A stretch of 40,876 nt of DNA, taken from NCBI GenBank assembly GCA_017881985.1, contig JADGQH010000001.1, positions 1-40,876 of the forward strand, in the 5' to 3' direction. Source of the stretch: Chloroflexota bacterium (GTDB lineage Bacteria; Chloroflexota; Limnocylindria; Limnocylindrales; CSP1-4). The notes under the pieces are model-generated. The model did no database searches. It saw nothing but the letters and a program-made list of their open reading frames with translations, and was not told the origin of the DNA. The translations under genes and the position numbers were made by a program. Positions 23,796 through 31,752 of this stretch are shown one piece after another. Positions within the stretch are counted from its first letter, which is position 1, and each line of letters starts with the position of its first letter.

Positions 23796-25235
23796 TCAGG
23801 AGCCGGGAGGGACCCGGCCGGGCAGCGTCACCGCGAAGCAGGTGCGGCCCGGCTCGGACGTCACGTCGATCCGGCCGGCGTGCCGGTCGACGATGGAGCG
23901 GACGATGTGGAGCCCCAGGCCGCTTCCGGCCCCGACGTCCTTCGTCGTGAAGAACGGCTCGAAGATCCGGGCCCGGACGTCGTCGGGGATGCCCGGCCCG
24001 GAGTCGCACAGCTCGACCCGCACGCCCGGCGCACTCGCGGGCTCGGCGCCCGCCGGTGGATCACCCCGGACCGCGATCTCGAGAACGCCGTGCCCCTCCA
24101 TCGCATCCGCGGCGTTCACGATCAGGTTCGTCCAGACCTGGTTGAGCTCGCTGCCGAAGGCCTCGATGCGCGGCCGATCAGGCGGGTAGGAACGCCGGAC
24201 CTCGATGCCGGCCTTCAGGCGCGGCCGCAGCATCACGAGCGTGCTCTCGATCCCGGCGATCACGTCCACGTCGCCGACGGGCGCACGGTCGAGGTAGCTG
24301 TACTCGCGGACGGACGCGACGATCTCGCCGATCCGTTCGCCGGCGGCCTCGATCTCGCCGAGGAGCTGGCGCCCGAGGGCCCCGGCCGCAAGCCAGGCCA
24401 GCACGACGTGGCGCGCCTCGTCGCTCGCGAACGGCGCCAGCAGGTCATCGAGCTGGTTTCCGTCCCAGCCGAAGGCGACGAGCGTCGCAGCCGGCTCGTC
24501 CGGCCGGGCGATGCCGAGCCGGTCGAGCAGCGCGACCATCGCGTCCTCGCGGTCGGCCGCGTCGATCGGGTCGAGGATCGGAGGGGCCGCCGCCCGCCGG
24601 TCGAGCTCGTCGCGCAGCGCGGCGGCCACCTCCCGGGCGACGCCGTCCGGGTCCAGGTCGTCGGGACCGAGCGCGCCGAGGCCGACCGCGGCCCGGTCCC
24701 AGTCCCGGACGAGCGCGGCCAGCCGCGACGCGGTGCTCCGGATCGCCGCCGCCGGGTTGTTCAGCTCGTGGGCGAGCCCGGCGGCCAGCGTCCCGAGCCC
24801 CGCGAGCTTCTCCTGTTCGCGGAGCAGGGATTCCGTGGACCGGAGGCGCCCGGCCGTCGTCCGCAGGAGCGACAGCGCCAGCTCGGGCTGGCGGCTCAGC
24901 ACGTCGAGCAGCGCGTCACGCCGAAGGCAGAGGAGCGTCGCGGGGCCGACGGCGCGGACGGTCGCGGTGCGAGGCCTGCCCTCGAGGACGGCCAGCTCGC
25001 CCTGGACCTCGCCGGGGCCCACGACCGCCAGCGGGACGTCCACCTTGCCCGACCGTTTCGTGACGGCGAGCTCTCCGGTGAGGACGACGAAGAGGGAATC
25101 TCCCGTGTCGCCCTCGCGGATGATCACGGCGCCGGGCGCGAGCTCCACGGTCTCAGCCACCGCGGCCAGCCTGCCGAGCTCGGCGTCGTCGAGCCCGGCG
25201 AGGAGCGGGATGCGGCGAAGCGGCGCGAGGTCCAC
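23796..25235 (-). CDS. Histidine kinase with an N-terminal cyclic-nucleotide-binding (CAP/cNMP) sensor domain
   Basis: 479 aa from the GTG at 25235, which lies 8 nt after the stop of the upstream gene. The cNMP domain has an intact phosphate-binding cassette, GELAVLEGRPRTATVRA. H-box LAHELNNPAAAIRS. The HATPase region has NLIVNAADAM, DSGPGIP and GAGSGLGLHIV. No TM segment is seen. Confidence 0.85.
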   Translation of the reverse strand: MDLAPLRRIPLLAGLDDAELGRLAAVAETVELAPGAVIIREGDTGDSLFVVLTGELAVTKRSGKVDVPLAVVGPGEVQGELAVLEGRPRTATVRAVGPATLLCLRRDALLDVLSRQPELALSLLRTTAGRLRSTESLLREQEKLAGLGTLAAGLAHELNNPAAAIRSTASRLAALVRDWDRAAVGLGALGPDDLDPDGVAREVAAALRDELDRRAAAPPILDPIDAADREDAMVALLDRLGIARPDEPAATLVAFGWDGNQLDDLLAPFASDEARHVVLAWLAAGALGRQLLGEIEAAGERIGEIVASVREYSYLDRAPVGDVDVIAGIESTLVMLRPRLKAGIEVRRSYPPDRPRIEAFGSELNQVWTNLIVNAADAMEGHGVLEIAVRGDPPAGAEPASAPGVRVELCDSGPGIPDDVRARIFEPFFTTKDVGAGSGLGLHIVRSIVDRHAGRIDVTSEPGRTCFAVTLPGRVPPGS

Positions 25236-25242
25236 CGGCGCG

Positions 25243-26898
25243 TCAGATGCCCGACAGGTGCTGGTGGACGAACTGGACCGCCATCGCGCCCTCGCCGACA
25301 CCCGACGCGATCCGCTTGACGGAGCGGGCCCGGACGTCGCCTGCGGCAAAGATCCCGGGCACGTTCGTCTCGAGCAGAAGCGGCTCGCGCGCGAGCGGCC
25401 AGCCGGCCACGCGGCCGTCGACCCGCGGCAGCGCGGGGCCGGTCACGATGAAGCCGGCGCCGTCCCGCTCGACGAGATCGCCGAGCCATTCCGTGCGTGG
25501 CAGCGCACCGACAAAGAGGAACAACGCCTGCATCGGGACCTCGACCGACCCGGCCGGGTCGGTGATCGTGATCGCCTCCAGCTCGTCGGTTCCGCGCACG
25601 GCCGAAACGTTCGCGCCGAGCCGGACCTCGATCCCGGGGAGCGCGGTGATCTGGTCGACCAGGTACTGGCTCATGCCCGTCTCCAGGCGTCCCCCGCGGA
25701 CCACCAGCGTCACGTGGCGGGCGAAGCCGGCCAGGTAGACGGCCGCCTGGCCGGCCGAGTTGCCGCCACCCACGACCGCCACGTCGCGATCCCGGAAGGC
25801 GAGCGCCTCGGTGATCGCGGCACCGTAGAAGACGCCCAGGCCGATGAGCGCGTCCACGCCCGGCGCCTCGAGCCTTCGGTACTGGACGCCCATCGCGAGG
25901 ATCAGAGCCTGGCAGCTGATCTCGGTCCCATCGCCGAGCGTCACGAACGAGTACGGGTCCTCGCGCCGGATGCTGCGAACCTCCTGCGGGGTCAGGATCT
26001 CGGCCCCCAGCCGGGTGGCCTGGGTCACCGCGCGGCGGGCGAGGTCCGACCCGGACAGGCCGGCGGGAAAACCGAGGTAGTTCTCGATCCGCGAGGTCGT
26101 GCCCGCCTGTCCACCGGGCGCCTCGCCCTCCACGAGGAGCGTCCGGAGCCCCTCGGAAGCGCCGTAGACGGCGGCCGCGAGCCCAGCCGGGCCGCCGCCG
26201 ATGATGACCAGGTCGTACGACGGCAGGGCGGCGCGGGTCCGCAGGCCGACCTTCCCGGCGATCTCCACGTTGGACGGGGCACGCAGGTGGCTGCCGTCCG
26301 CGAAGACCAGGAGCGGATCGCGGCCCGGGTCGATACCCGCGCTCGCGACCAGGCGGGCCGCCTCCGGGTCGGACTCGACGTCGACCCAGCGGTACGGGAC
26401 CTGGTTGCGGGCGAGGTAGTCCTTGATCTCGTGCGCGCGCGCGGACCAGCGATGGCCGACGAGGCGGACGCCGTCGAACGGCGGAATCCAGCCCGCGCGC
26501 CAGTCGTCCAGGAGCTCGGCGAGGGCGGGGAGGAGCCGCTCCTCGGGCGGATCCCATGGCTTGAGGAGATAGTGGTCGAGGCCGATCTCGTTGATGGCCC
26601 GGATGGCGACGTCGGTATCCGCATACGCCGTCAGGAGCACGCGCTTCGTGCCCGGCAGGAGGGGGAGCGTCGAACCCAGCAGCTCGACACCCGTCATCCC
26701 TGGCATCCGCTGGTCCACGACGAGCAGGGCGATCGGGGTTCCGCGCAGGATCAGGCGCCGGATCGCGTCCAGCGCGTCGGCGCCCGAGCCGGCCGCGACC
26801 ACCCGGTATTCGCTGCCGAACCTGCCCCGCAGCTCGCGCTCCACGGCGCGCAGGACCTGCGGGTCGTCGTCGACGACCAGGATCACCGGGTTCGCCAT
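25243..26898 (-). CDS. Response-regulator receiver fused to a glutaredoxin-like linker and a thioredoxin-reductase-like flavoprotein lacking the CxxC
   Basis: 551 aa. The REC domain has all canonical residues (VVDDDP, LLVVDQRMPGMTG, LLTAYAD, YLLKPW). The TrxR-like part has DLVIIGGGPAGLAAAVYG, PGGQ, VAVVGGGNSAGQAA and GIFAAGDV. Where TrxR has CATC, the sequence reads FYGAAITEA, and the whole protein has a single Cys. Confidence 0.9.
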   Translation of the reverse strand: MANPVILVVDDDPQVLRAVERELRGRFGSEYRVVAAGSGADALDAIRRLILRGTPIALLVVDQRMPGMTGVELLGSTLPLLPGTKRVLLTAYADTDVAIRAINEIGLDHYLLKPWDPPEERLLPALAELLDDWRAGWIPPFDGVRLVGHRWSARAHEIKDYLARNQVPYRWVDVESDPEAARLVASAGIDPGRDPLLVFADGSHLRAPSNVEIAGKVGLRTRAALPSYDLVIIGGGPAGLAAAVYGASEGLRTLLVEGEAPGGQAGTTSRIENYLGFPAGLSGSDLARRAVTQATRLGAEILTPQEVRSIRREDPYSFVTLGDGTEISCQALILAMGVQYRRLEAPGVDALIGLGVFYGAAITEALAFRDRDVAVVGGGNSAGQAAVYLAGFARHVTLVVRGGRLETGMSQYLVDQITALPGIEVRLGANVSAVRGTDELEAITITDPAGSVEVPMQALFLFVGALPRTEWLGDLVERDGAGFIVTGPALPRVDGRVAGWPLAREPLLLETNVPGIFAAGDVRARSVKRIASGVGEGAMAVQFVHQHLSGI

Positions 26899-27036
26899 CG
26901 CCGGGGCTGCCTCCGTCGCGCCCGCCCGAGCGCAGTCCGGCCCTGCCCGGCGCGTCCTCGGCGAATCGCGCCTGCATGCTAGTCGAGACCGCTGTCGCGG
27001 GCGAGTGCTGATCCCGTGGCCCGGTCCGACCCGCGC

Positions 27037-27612
27037 TCAGGTCTCCGGATCGCCCCGCAGCCGGGCGAACATGACCGCGTCCATCAGCTCCCCGCGGAAC
27101 GGCAGGTACCGCCGGAGGACCCCTTCTCGCGTGAACCCGGCGCGGAGCGCGACCCGGCCGGACGCCTCGTTGCCGACGAGGGTGAGGAGCTCCATCCGGA
27201 CGAGGGCGGGCTCGATTCCGAACGCCCAGCGGACCGCGAGCAGCACGGCCCCGGTCGCGGCACCCCGCCCGCGAGCCCCGGGCGCCAGCCAGTAGCCGAC
27301 TGCGGCCTTGCCCGGCTCGTCGGGCCGTCGGTGGAATGCCAGCGTTCCCAGGAGCGCACCGTCGGCGGCATCGGCGATCACGAAGGTCGGCTCGCGCCCG
27401 CCCGACCAGCCCTCGGCGGTGAACGCGACGAAGGTCCGGGCGTCCTCGAGGCGATACGGGACCGGCACGGGGATCCAGCGCGCGATCTCCGGGTCGGCGC
27501 ACGCCGCCGCGATCGCGGGCGCGTCGGCGTCGCGCGGGAGGCGCAGGACCAGCGTGCCGTCCGTCAGCGGCCGATCGGGGGCGGGGAATGGGCGGAACAA
27601 TCGGGTGGCCAT
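27037..27612 (-). CDS. GNAT-family N-acetyltransferase (RimJ/RimL-like)
   Basis: 191 aa. GYWLAPGARGRGAATGAV (acetyl-CoA pyrophosphate-binding loop) and NEASGRVALRAGFTREGVLR. Confidence 0.85.
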   Translation of the reverse strand: MATRLFRPFPAPDRPLTDGTLVLRLPRDADAPAIAAACADPEIARWIPVPVPYRLEDARTFVAFTAEGWSGGREPTFVIADAADGALLGTLAFHRRPDEPGKAAVGYWLAPGARGRGAATGAVLLAVRWAFGIEPALVRMELLTLVGNEASGRVALRAGFTREGVLRRYLPFRGELMDAVMFARLRGDPET

Positions 27613-27691
27613 GCTCCGTAGACTCTACGGCGCGGGAGATCGCCCGGCGCTGCCGGGCATGGCGGGGCTCTCGCCGGACCGGGAGCTCGGC

Positions 27692-29791
27692 ATGCCAGGT
27701 CGACCGCAGCACGCCGCCGCGGCGCGGCGCTATCGCCCCGCGGGCACGGCCGTGGGGTACGGGGTCCGGACCGAGCAGGTGCGGATCCCGATGGACGACG
27801 GCGTCCGCCTGGCGGTCACGCTCTACCGCCCGGACGCGCCGGGCCCGTTTCCCGCGCTGCTCGAGTCGATCCCGTACCGCAAGGACGACTGGACCCTCAC
27901 CCGCGACTGGCCGCTCCACGGCGCCTTTGCCGCGGCGGGGTACGTGAGCTGCCGCCTGGACGTTCGCGGAACGGGCACCTCGGAAGGCGTGGCCGAGGGC
28001 GAGTACCCCGAGCGCGAGATCCTCGACAACCTGGCGGTGATCGACTGGCTGGCCACCCGCGAGTGGAGCACCGGCGGCGTGGGCATGTTCGGCATCAGCT
28101 GGGGCGGCTTCTCGGCGCTCCAGGCCGCGGCGAGGCGACCCCCGGCGCTCCGCGCGATCATCCCGGTCCATTTCAGCCACGACCGCTTCAACCTCGACGT
28201 GCACTACGTCGGCGGCACGCTCCACGTCGGCGAGAGCGTCTACTGGCCCGTCGAGATGGTGGGCGAGAACGCGCTGCCGCCCGACCCGGAGCGGTTCGGG
28301 CCCGGCTGGCGCGAGGAGTGGCTGCGTCGCCTGGAGGCCACGCCGCAGTGGCCCTTCGAGTGGCTGCGCCACCAGCGCCGCGACCCGTTCTGGCGGGCCG
28401 CGTCGATCGGCGAGGAGTGGGCGGCGATCGAGGCGCCGGTCCTCGCGATCGGCGGGCTCAACGACGGCTACCGGGACGCGGTCCTCGCCGTTCTGGAGCA
28501 CGTCCGGGCGCCCCGGCGCGGCGTCATCGGGCCGTGGGGGCACGCCTGGCCGCATGATGGCTCGCCGGGGCCGTCGATCGACGGCGTGGGCCTGATGCGA
28601 CGCTGGTGGGACCGCTGGCTCAAGGGCGCGGCCGGTACCGGCGACGCGGACCCGGACCCGATGCTCTCGCTCTACGTGGTCGAGCCGCCCGGAACGGCCG
28701 AGTTCCCGGCCGAGCTCCCCGGGAGGTGGTGGCATCTCGGCCACTGGCCGCCCTCGCCGCGGATCGCGACGCTTCCCCCGCTCTTCCTCGAGGGGGACGG
28801 CGCCGCCGGCCTCGGGTCGCTCGCCGGCGAGCCGGCCGCGTCCGGGGACGCCGCCACGTCCACATGGGCGGGGCCGCCGGATGTCGGCCTGTGCGCCCCG
28901 TACTGGTGCGGCTACGGTTATCCGCCACAGGGCGTGCCCGGCGACCAGCGGGTCGACGACGCTCGCTCGCTCCTGTTCACGTCCCCACCACTCGAGCGAC
29001 CCGTCCTGATCGCCGGGATCCCGCACGCGCGGCTCTGGCTCTCGGCCGATCGGCCGGTGGCGCAGGTCGCCGTGCGCCTCGAGGCGGTGGCGCCCGACGG
29101 GCGATCCGCGCTCGTCGCGCGCGCCGTGCGGAACCTGACTCGCCTCGACCCGGCCGGGGAGGCGCCCGAGCCCCTGGTCCCGGGCGTGCCGGTCGAGGTC
29201 GACCTTCCGCTTTCGGCCGCCGGCGCCCGGATCCCGGCCGGATACCGGCTTCGGGTCGCGATCGCCGGTGCGGCGTTCCCGATCGCGTGGCCGACGCCGA
29301 CGCCCGTCGCGCTCACGCTCCACCACGACGTCGGTCGTCCATCGGCCCTGCGCCTGCCGCCTGCCGCGGGGTGGTCGTCCGAGCACGGGCCCGACCTGGG
29401 ACGGCCGGCCTTCGAGCCTTCGTCGAGCGAGGCGATCCCGGGGATCCCCGCCGCCTGGCGGATCGAGCGCGATGGGGTGGCCGGCATCACGTCGCTGATC
29501 TGCGAGTCGGGCGGCGGCGATCGCTTCCCGGAGCGCGGAGGGCTCGTGTTCGCGGCGGATTCCCGCTACCGGATGTCGGTGGCGGACACCTTCGCGGCGT
29601 GTCGCGCCGAGGGGACGATCAGCTACCGGCTCGCGTATCCGGGCGGCCCGGAGATCGTCGCCGACGCGAGCCTCGCGCTCGAGTCGGACGCCGACGAGCT
29701 TCGGCTCCGCGTGGCGCTGGTGGTCACCGAGGATGGGGCGCCGGTCTTCGATCGGATATGGGAGCAGGCCGCGCCGCGCGACCTCCTCTGA
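27692..29791 (+). CDS. CocE/NonD-family (X-Pro dipeptidyl-peptidase S15-like) alpha/beta hydrolase
   Basis: 699 aa. IPMDDGVRLAVTLYRP..., DVRGTGTSEG, and the nucleophile elbow GMFGISWGGF. The start is set at the ATG at 27692, which has a GGGAG SD at 6-nt spacing. The ATGs at 27659 and 27611 are in frame, but 27611 overlaps the divergent GNAT start codon. Confidence 0.85.
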   Translation: MPGRPQHAAAARRYRPAGTAVGYGVRTEQVRIPMDDGVRLAVTLYRPDAPGPFPALLESIPYRKDDWTLTRDWPLHGAFAAAGYVSCRLDVRGTGTSEGVAEGEYPEREILDNLAVIDWLATREWSTGGVGMFGISWGGFSALQAAARRPPALRAIIPVHFSHDRFNLDVHYVGGTLHVGESVYWPVEMVGENALPPDPERFGPGWREEWLRRLEATPQWPFEWLRHQRRDPFWRAASIGEEWAAIEAPVLAIGGLNDGYRDAVLAVLEHVRAPRRGVIGPWGHAWPHDGSPGPSIDGVGLMRRWWDRWLKGAAGTGDADPDPMLSLYVVEPPGTAEFPAELPGRWWHLGHWPPSPRIATLPPLFLEGDGAAGLGSLAGEPAASGDAATSTWAGPPDVGLCAPYWCGYGYPPQGVPGDQRVDDARSLLFTSPPLERPVLIAGIPHARLWLSADRPVAQVAVRLEAVAPDGRSALVARAVRNLTRLDPAGEAPEPLVPGVPVEVDLPLSAAGARIPAGYRLRVAIAGAAFPIAWPTPTPVALTLHHDVGRPSALRLPPAAGWSSEHGPDLGRPAFEPSSSEAIPGIPAAWRIERDGVAGITSLICESGGGDRFPERGGLVFAADSRYRMSVADTFAACRAEGTISYRLAYPGGPEIVADASLALESDADELRLRVALVVTEDGAPVFDRIWEQAAPRDLL

Positions 29792-29798
29792 TCGCCGG

Positions 29799-29828
29799 CG
29801 TGCCCTCCCGCGGCCGCGGGCGGGCACG
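29799..29828 (+). terminator. GC-rich stem-loop 8 nt after the hydrolase stop (terminator-like, no U tract)
   Basis: CGTGCCC-T-CCCGC[GGCC]GCGGG-C-GGGCACG gives about 12 bp with one mismatch and a 4-nt loop. No T-run follows. Confidence 0.4.
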
Positions 29829-29836
29829 CGGCCGCG

Positions 29837-29842
29837 TACGAT
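29837..29842 (+). promoter_or_regulatory. -10-like hexamer TACGAT between the terminator hairpin and the small ORF
   Basis: The TANNNT hexamer is identical to the one before moaA. It lies 27 nt upstream of the ATG at 29870 and ahead of the GGGAG SD at 29857-29861. Confidence 0.25.
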
Positions 29843-29869
29843 GCGACTCGACCGATGGGAGACCCCCGA

Positions 29870-29992
29870 ATGCCAGAGCGCTCCGTCGTGACGGATGCCC
29901 GCGACGACCCGTACGCCGACGAGCTGGCCACGCAACACCTGGTCTGGCCCGGCATGGGCAACGCGGGGCGTTCCTCCGACCGGGACGACTGA
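29870..29992 (+). CDS. Candidate 40-aa acidic small protein (MPERSVVTDARDDPYADELATQHLVWPGMGNAGRSSDRDD)
   Basis: It is below the ORF-track size cutoff. ATG start with a GGGAG SD 8 nt upstream. 36 of 40 codons end in G/C, as in flanking genes. The stop TGA at 29990-29992 lies 6 nt before, and in the same frame as, the GTG start of the ICMT-like gene. No homology is known to me. Confidence 0.3.
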   Translation: MPERSVVTDARDDPYADELATQHLVWPGMGNAGRSSDRDD

Positions 29993-29998
29993 GCCGTC

Positions 29999-30481
29999 GT
30001 GGACGGTGCGCGCCTGCCCGCGCTCGGGCCGCGCGGCGAGGGCTGGGTGGCGCTCCAGGTCGTCGGCTTCGCCTGCGTCGGCGCCGCGGGGCTGCTTGGC
30101 CCGGCCTGGGGCGAGCCATGGCGGGGCGTCGCCCTGGTCTCTGGTGCAGTCCTGGTGGTCGCGGGCGCCGTCATTGCCGTGCTCGGCGTCGTCGGCCTTC
30201 GCGAGAACCTGACCGCGGTGCCGCGCCCCATCGAGGGCGGCCGGCTCATCGACACCGGCGTCTACGGCATGGTCCGCCACCCGATCTACACGGGGATCAT
30301 CACGGCCGCGCTCGGCTGGGGGCTGATGACGGCGAGCCCCGCCGCGCTGGTCGCGGCCGTGCTCCTGGGCGCCTTCTTCGACCTCAAGGCCCAGCGCGAA
30401 GAGGCGTGGCTGCTCGCCGCGTACCCGGGGTATGCCGCCTACCGGACCCGGGTTCGCAAGCTGGTGCCGCTCATCTATTGA
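29999..30481 (+). CDS. Isoprenylcysteine carboxyl methyltransferase (ICMT/PEMT)-family membrane methyltransferase
   Basis: 160 aa with about 4 TM helices, GVYGMVRHPIYTG (the RHPxY motif of the family) and a C-terminal EEAWLLAAYPGYAAYRTR. Confidence 0.8.
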   Translation: MDGARLPALGPRGEGWVALQVVGFACVGAAGLLGPAWGEPWRGVALVSGAVLVVAGAVIAVLGVVGLRENLTAVPRPIEGGRLIDTGVYGMVRHPIYTGIITAALGWGLMTASPAALVAAVLLGAFFDLKAQREEAWLLAAYPGYAAYRTRVRKLVPLIY

Positions 30482-31643
30482 CATCCGGCGCGTCGGCGCC
30501 GTGCGGCGCGTCGGCGCCGTCCGACGCGCCGGCGCCGTCGGGCGGGCCCGCCTCGGACAATGGGCCGCCCGACGATGCGCCGCCGGACGGTTCGCCCCCG
30601 GTGGCAGACGCGCCGCGAGCTGCACGGCGGAGGCGATCCATCACCGCCCGACCCAGGCCGGTATCCGGGACGGGCTCGGCCACGATCCGTGAGAGGTCGG
30701 CTGCGTCGAGCGCATGGAGGGCCTCGAAGAGGTGGGCCGCGGCGCCCACGGGGTCGCCGCCGGCGTCGAGGACCTCGATGGCCGCGTACGGTCCCCCCAC
30801 GGCCTGCGCCGCGGCCCGGCCCGCATCGGACCCGGCGAGCAGGCCGACCCGCTCCCCGGGGCGCACCGCGAACGCCGCCGCGGCCGCCGGGTCACGCGGG
30901 TCCGCCAGATCGAGCCGCGCGCGGGGCGCATAGTGCGCGCCCGCCCGGCCTGGTGCCATCTCGGCCGTGCCCGGGGCCCCGTCGTCCGGGACCTCGAGCG
31001 GCCCGATCTCCGCCTCGATCGCCTCGACCGCGAGGCCGCCGGGGCGCAGGAGCACCGCCCGGCCCGCCGCGAGCAGGACGACCGTCGATTCGACCCCGAC
31101 GCGGCACGGCCCGCCGTCGAGGAGGAGATCGACGCGCGCCCCGAGCCCCGCCACCACGTGCGCCGCGCGGGTCGGGGAGAGGCCGCCGAACCGGTTCGCG
31201 GACGGGGCAGCGACCGGAATCCCGGCGGCCCGGATCAGGGCGCGTGCGACCGGGTGGTCGGGTACCCGGAGGCCCACGGTGGGGAGCCCGGCCGTGACGA
31301 TCCCCGGGATGAGCGCCCGCTTGCGCAGGACGAGCGTCAGCGGGCCGGGCCAGAACCGCGCTGCGAGCCGGGCGACGCGGGGATCGTCCGCATCCTCGGA
31401 GAGTGCGTAGAGCGCCACCGACGAGGAGTCCGCGAGGTGGACGATCAGCGGATCGAAGGCCGGTCGCTCTTTCGCCGCGAAGACGCGCGCCACGGCGCGG
31501 GCATCGAGCGCGTTGGCGCCGAGGCCGTAGACCGTCTCCGTTGGGAAGACGACGAGGCCGCCCGCGCGCAGCTGCGCCGCGGCGATCGCGATCGAGGCCG
31601 GGTCGTCGCCGGGCAGGATCAGGGGGCTGTCGGTCGTTGGCAT
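30471..31643 (-). CDS. L-threonylcarbamoyladenylate synthase, Sua5/YwlC type (t6A tRNA modification)
   Basis: 390 aa from MPTTDSPLIL. Motifs: VVFPTETVYGLGANA, FWPGPLTLVL, VAAPSANRFGGLSPT, then a Sua5 C-domain and a low-complexity Gly/Ala/Asp/Pro tail. Its 3' end overlaps the convergent ICMT gene by 11 bp. Confidence 0.9.
   Translation of the reverse strand: MPTTDSPLILPGDDPASIAIAAAQLRAGGLVVFPTETVYGLGANALDARAVARVFAAKERPAFDPLIVHLADSSSVALYALSEDADDPRVARLAARFWPGPLTLVLRKRALIPGIVTAGLPTVGLRVPDHPVARALIRAAGIPVAAPSANRFGGLSPTRAAHVVAGLGARVDLLLDGGPCRVGVESTVVLLAAGRAVLLRPGGLAVEAIEAEIGPLEVPDDGAPGTAEMAPGRAGAHYAPRARLDLADPRDPAAAAAFAVRPGERVGLLAGSDAGRAAAQAVGGPYAAIEVLDAGGDPVGAAAHLFEALHALDAADLSRIVAEPVPDTGLGRAVMDRLRRAARGASATGGEPSGGASSGGPLSEAGPPDGAGASDGADAPHGADAPDVNR
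30487..30540 (-). repeat. Imperfect tandem repeat, 3 x 18 bp, in the 3' tail of the Sua5 gene
   Basis: ggcgcgtcggcgccgtgc / ggcgcgtcggcgccgtcc / gacgcgccggcgccgtcg. It encodes DGAGAS-DGADAP-HGADAP. Confidence 0.8.
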
Positions 31644-31752
31644 CACGCGCAGGATCGCGCGTTCGATCCGGTGGCGCACGGTGCGGCCGGATTCCGGGCG
31701 GCCCGCCGCGCGCGTCCGCACCCGCGTCGGACATCGTACGATCGGGCGGCCC

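Noticed and set aside
27037-27612. The GNAT as a TacT-like acetyltransferase toxin
   Set aside because: There is no adjacent small RHH or antitoxin ORF, and the sequence looks like RimJ/RimL-type N-acetyltransferases.
27611-27691. An earlier ATG start (27611 or 27659) for the CocE/NonD hydrolase
   Set aside because: The ATG at 27611 overlaps the divergent GNAT start codon (CATG), and neither has an SD. The ATG at 27692 has GGGAG at ideal spacing. The extra residues are low complexity. The choice remains uncertain.
29990-30040. The in-frame TGA between the small ORF and the ICMT gene as a selenocysteine codon (CCGUC-gug-GACGG hairpin just downstream)
   Set aside because: The hairpin is too small and too close to be a bacterial SECIS. 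ICMT-family enzymes are not known selenoproteins, and no sel genes are in view. Readthrough or a nonsense mutation remains possible and is listed as a finding.
25124-30625. A 1833-aa minus-strand ORF, the longest in the track
   Set aside because: Its product is Arg/Pro/Gly-rich with no recognisable motifs. It runs antisense to or out of frame with five genes that have clear family signatures (REC-TrxR-like, GNAT, CocE/NonD, ICMT, Sua5). This is a typical stop-codon-poor artefact of high-GC DNA.
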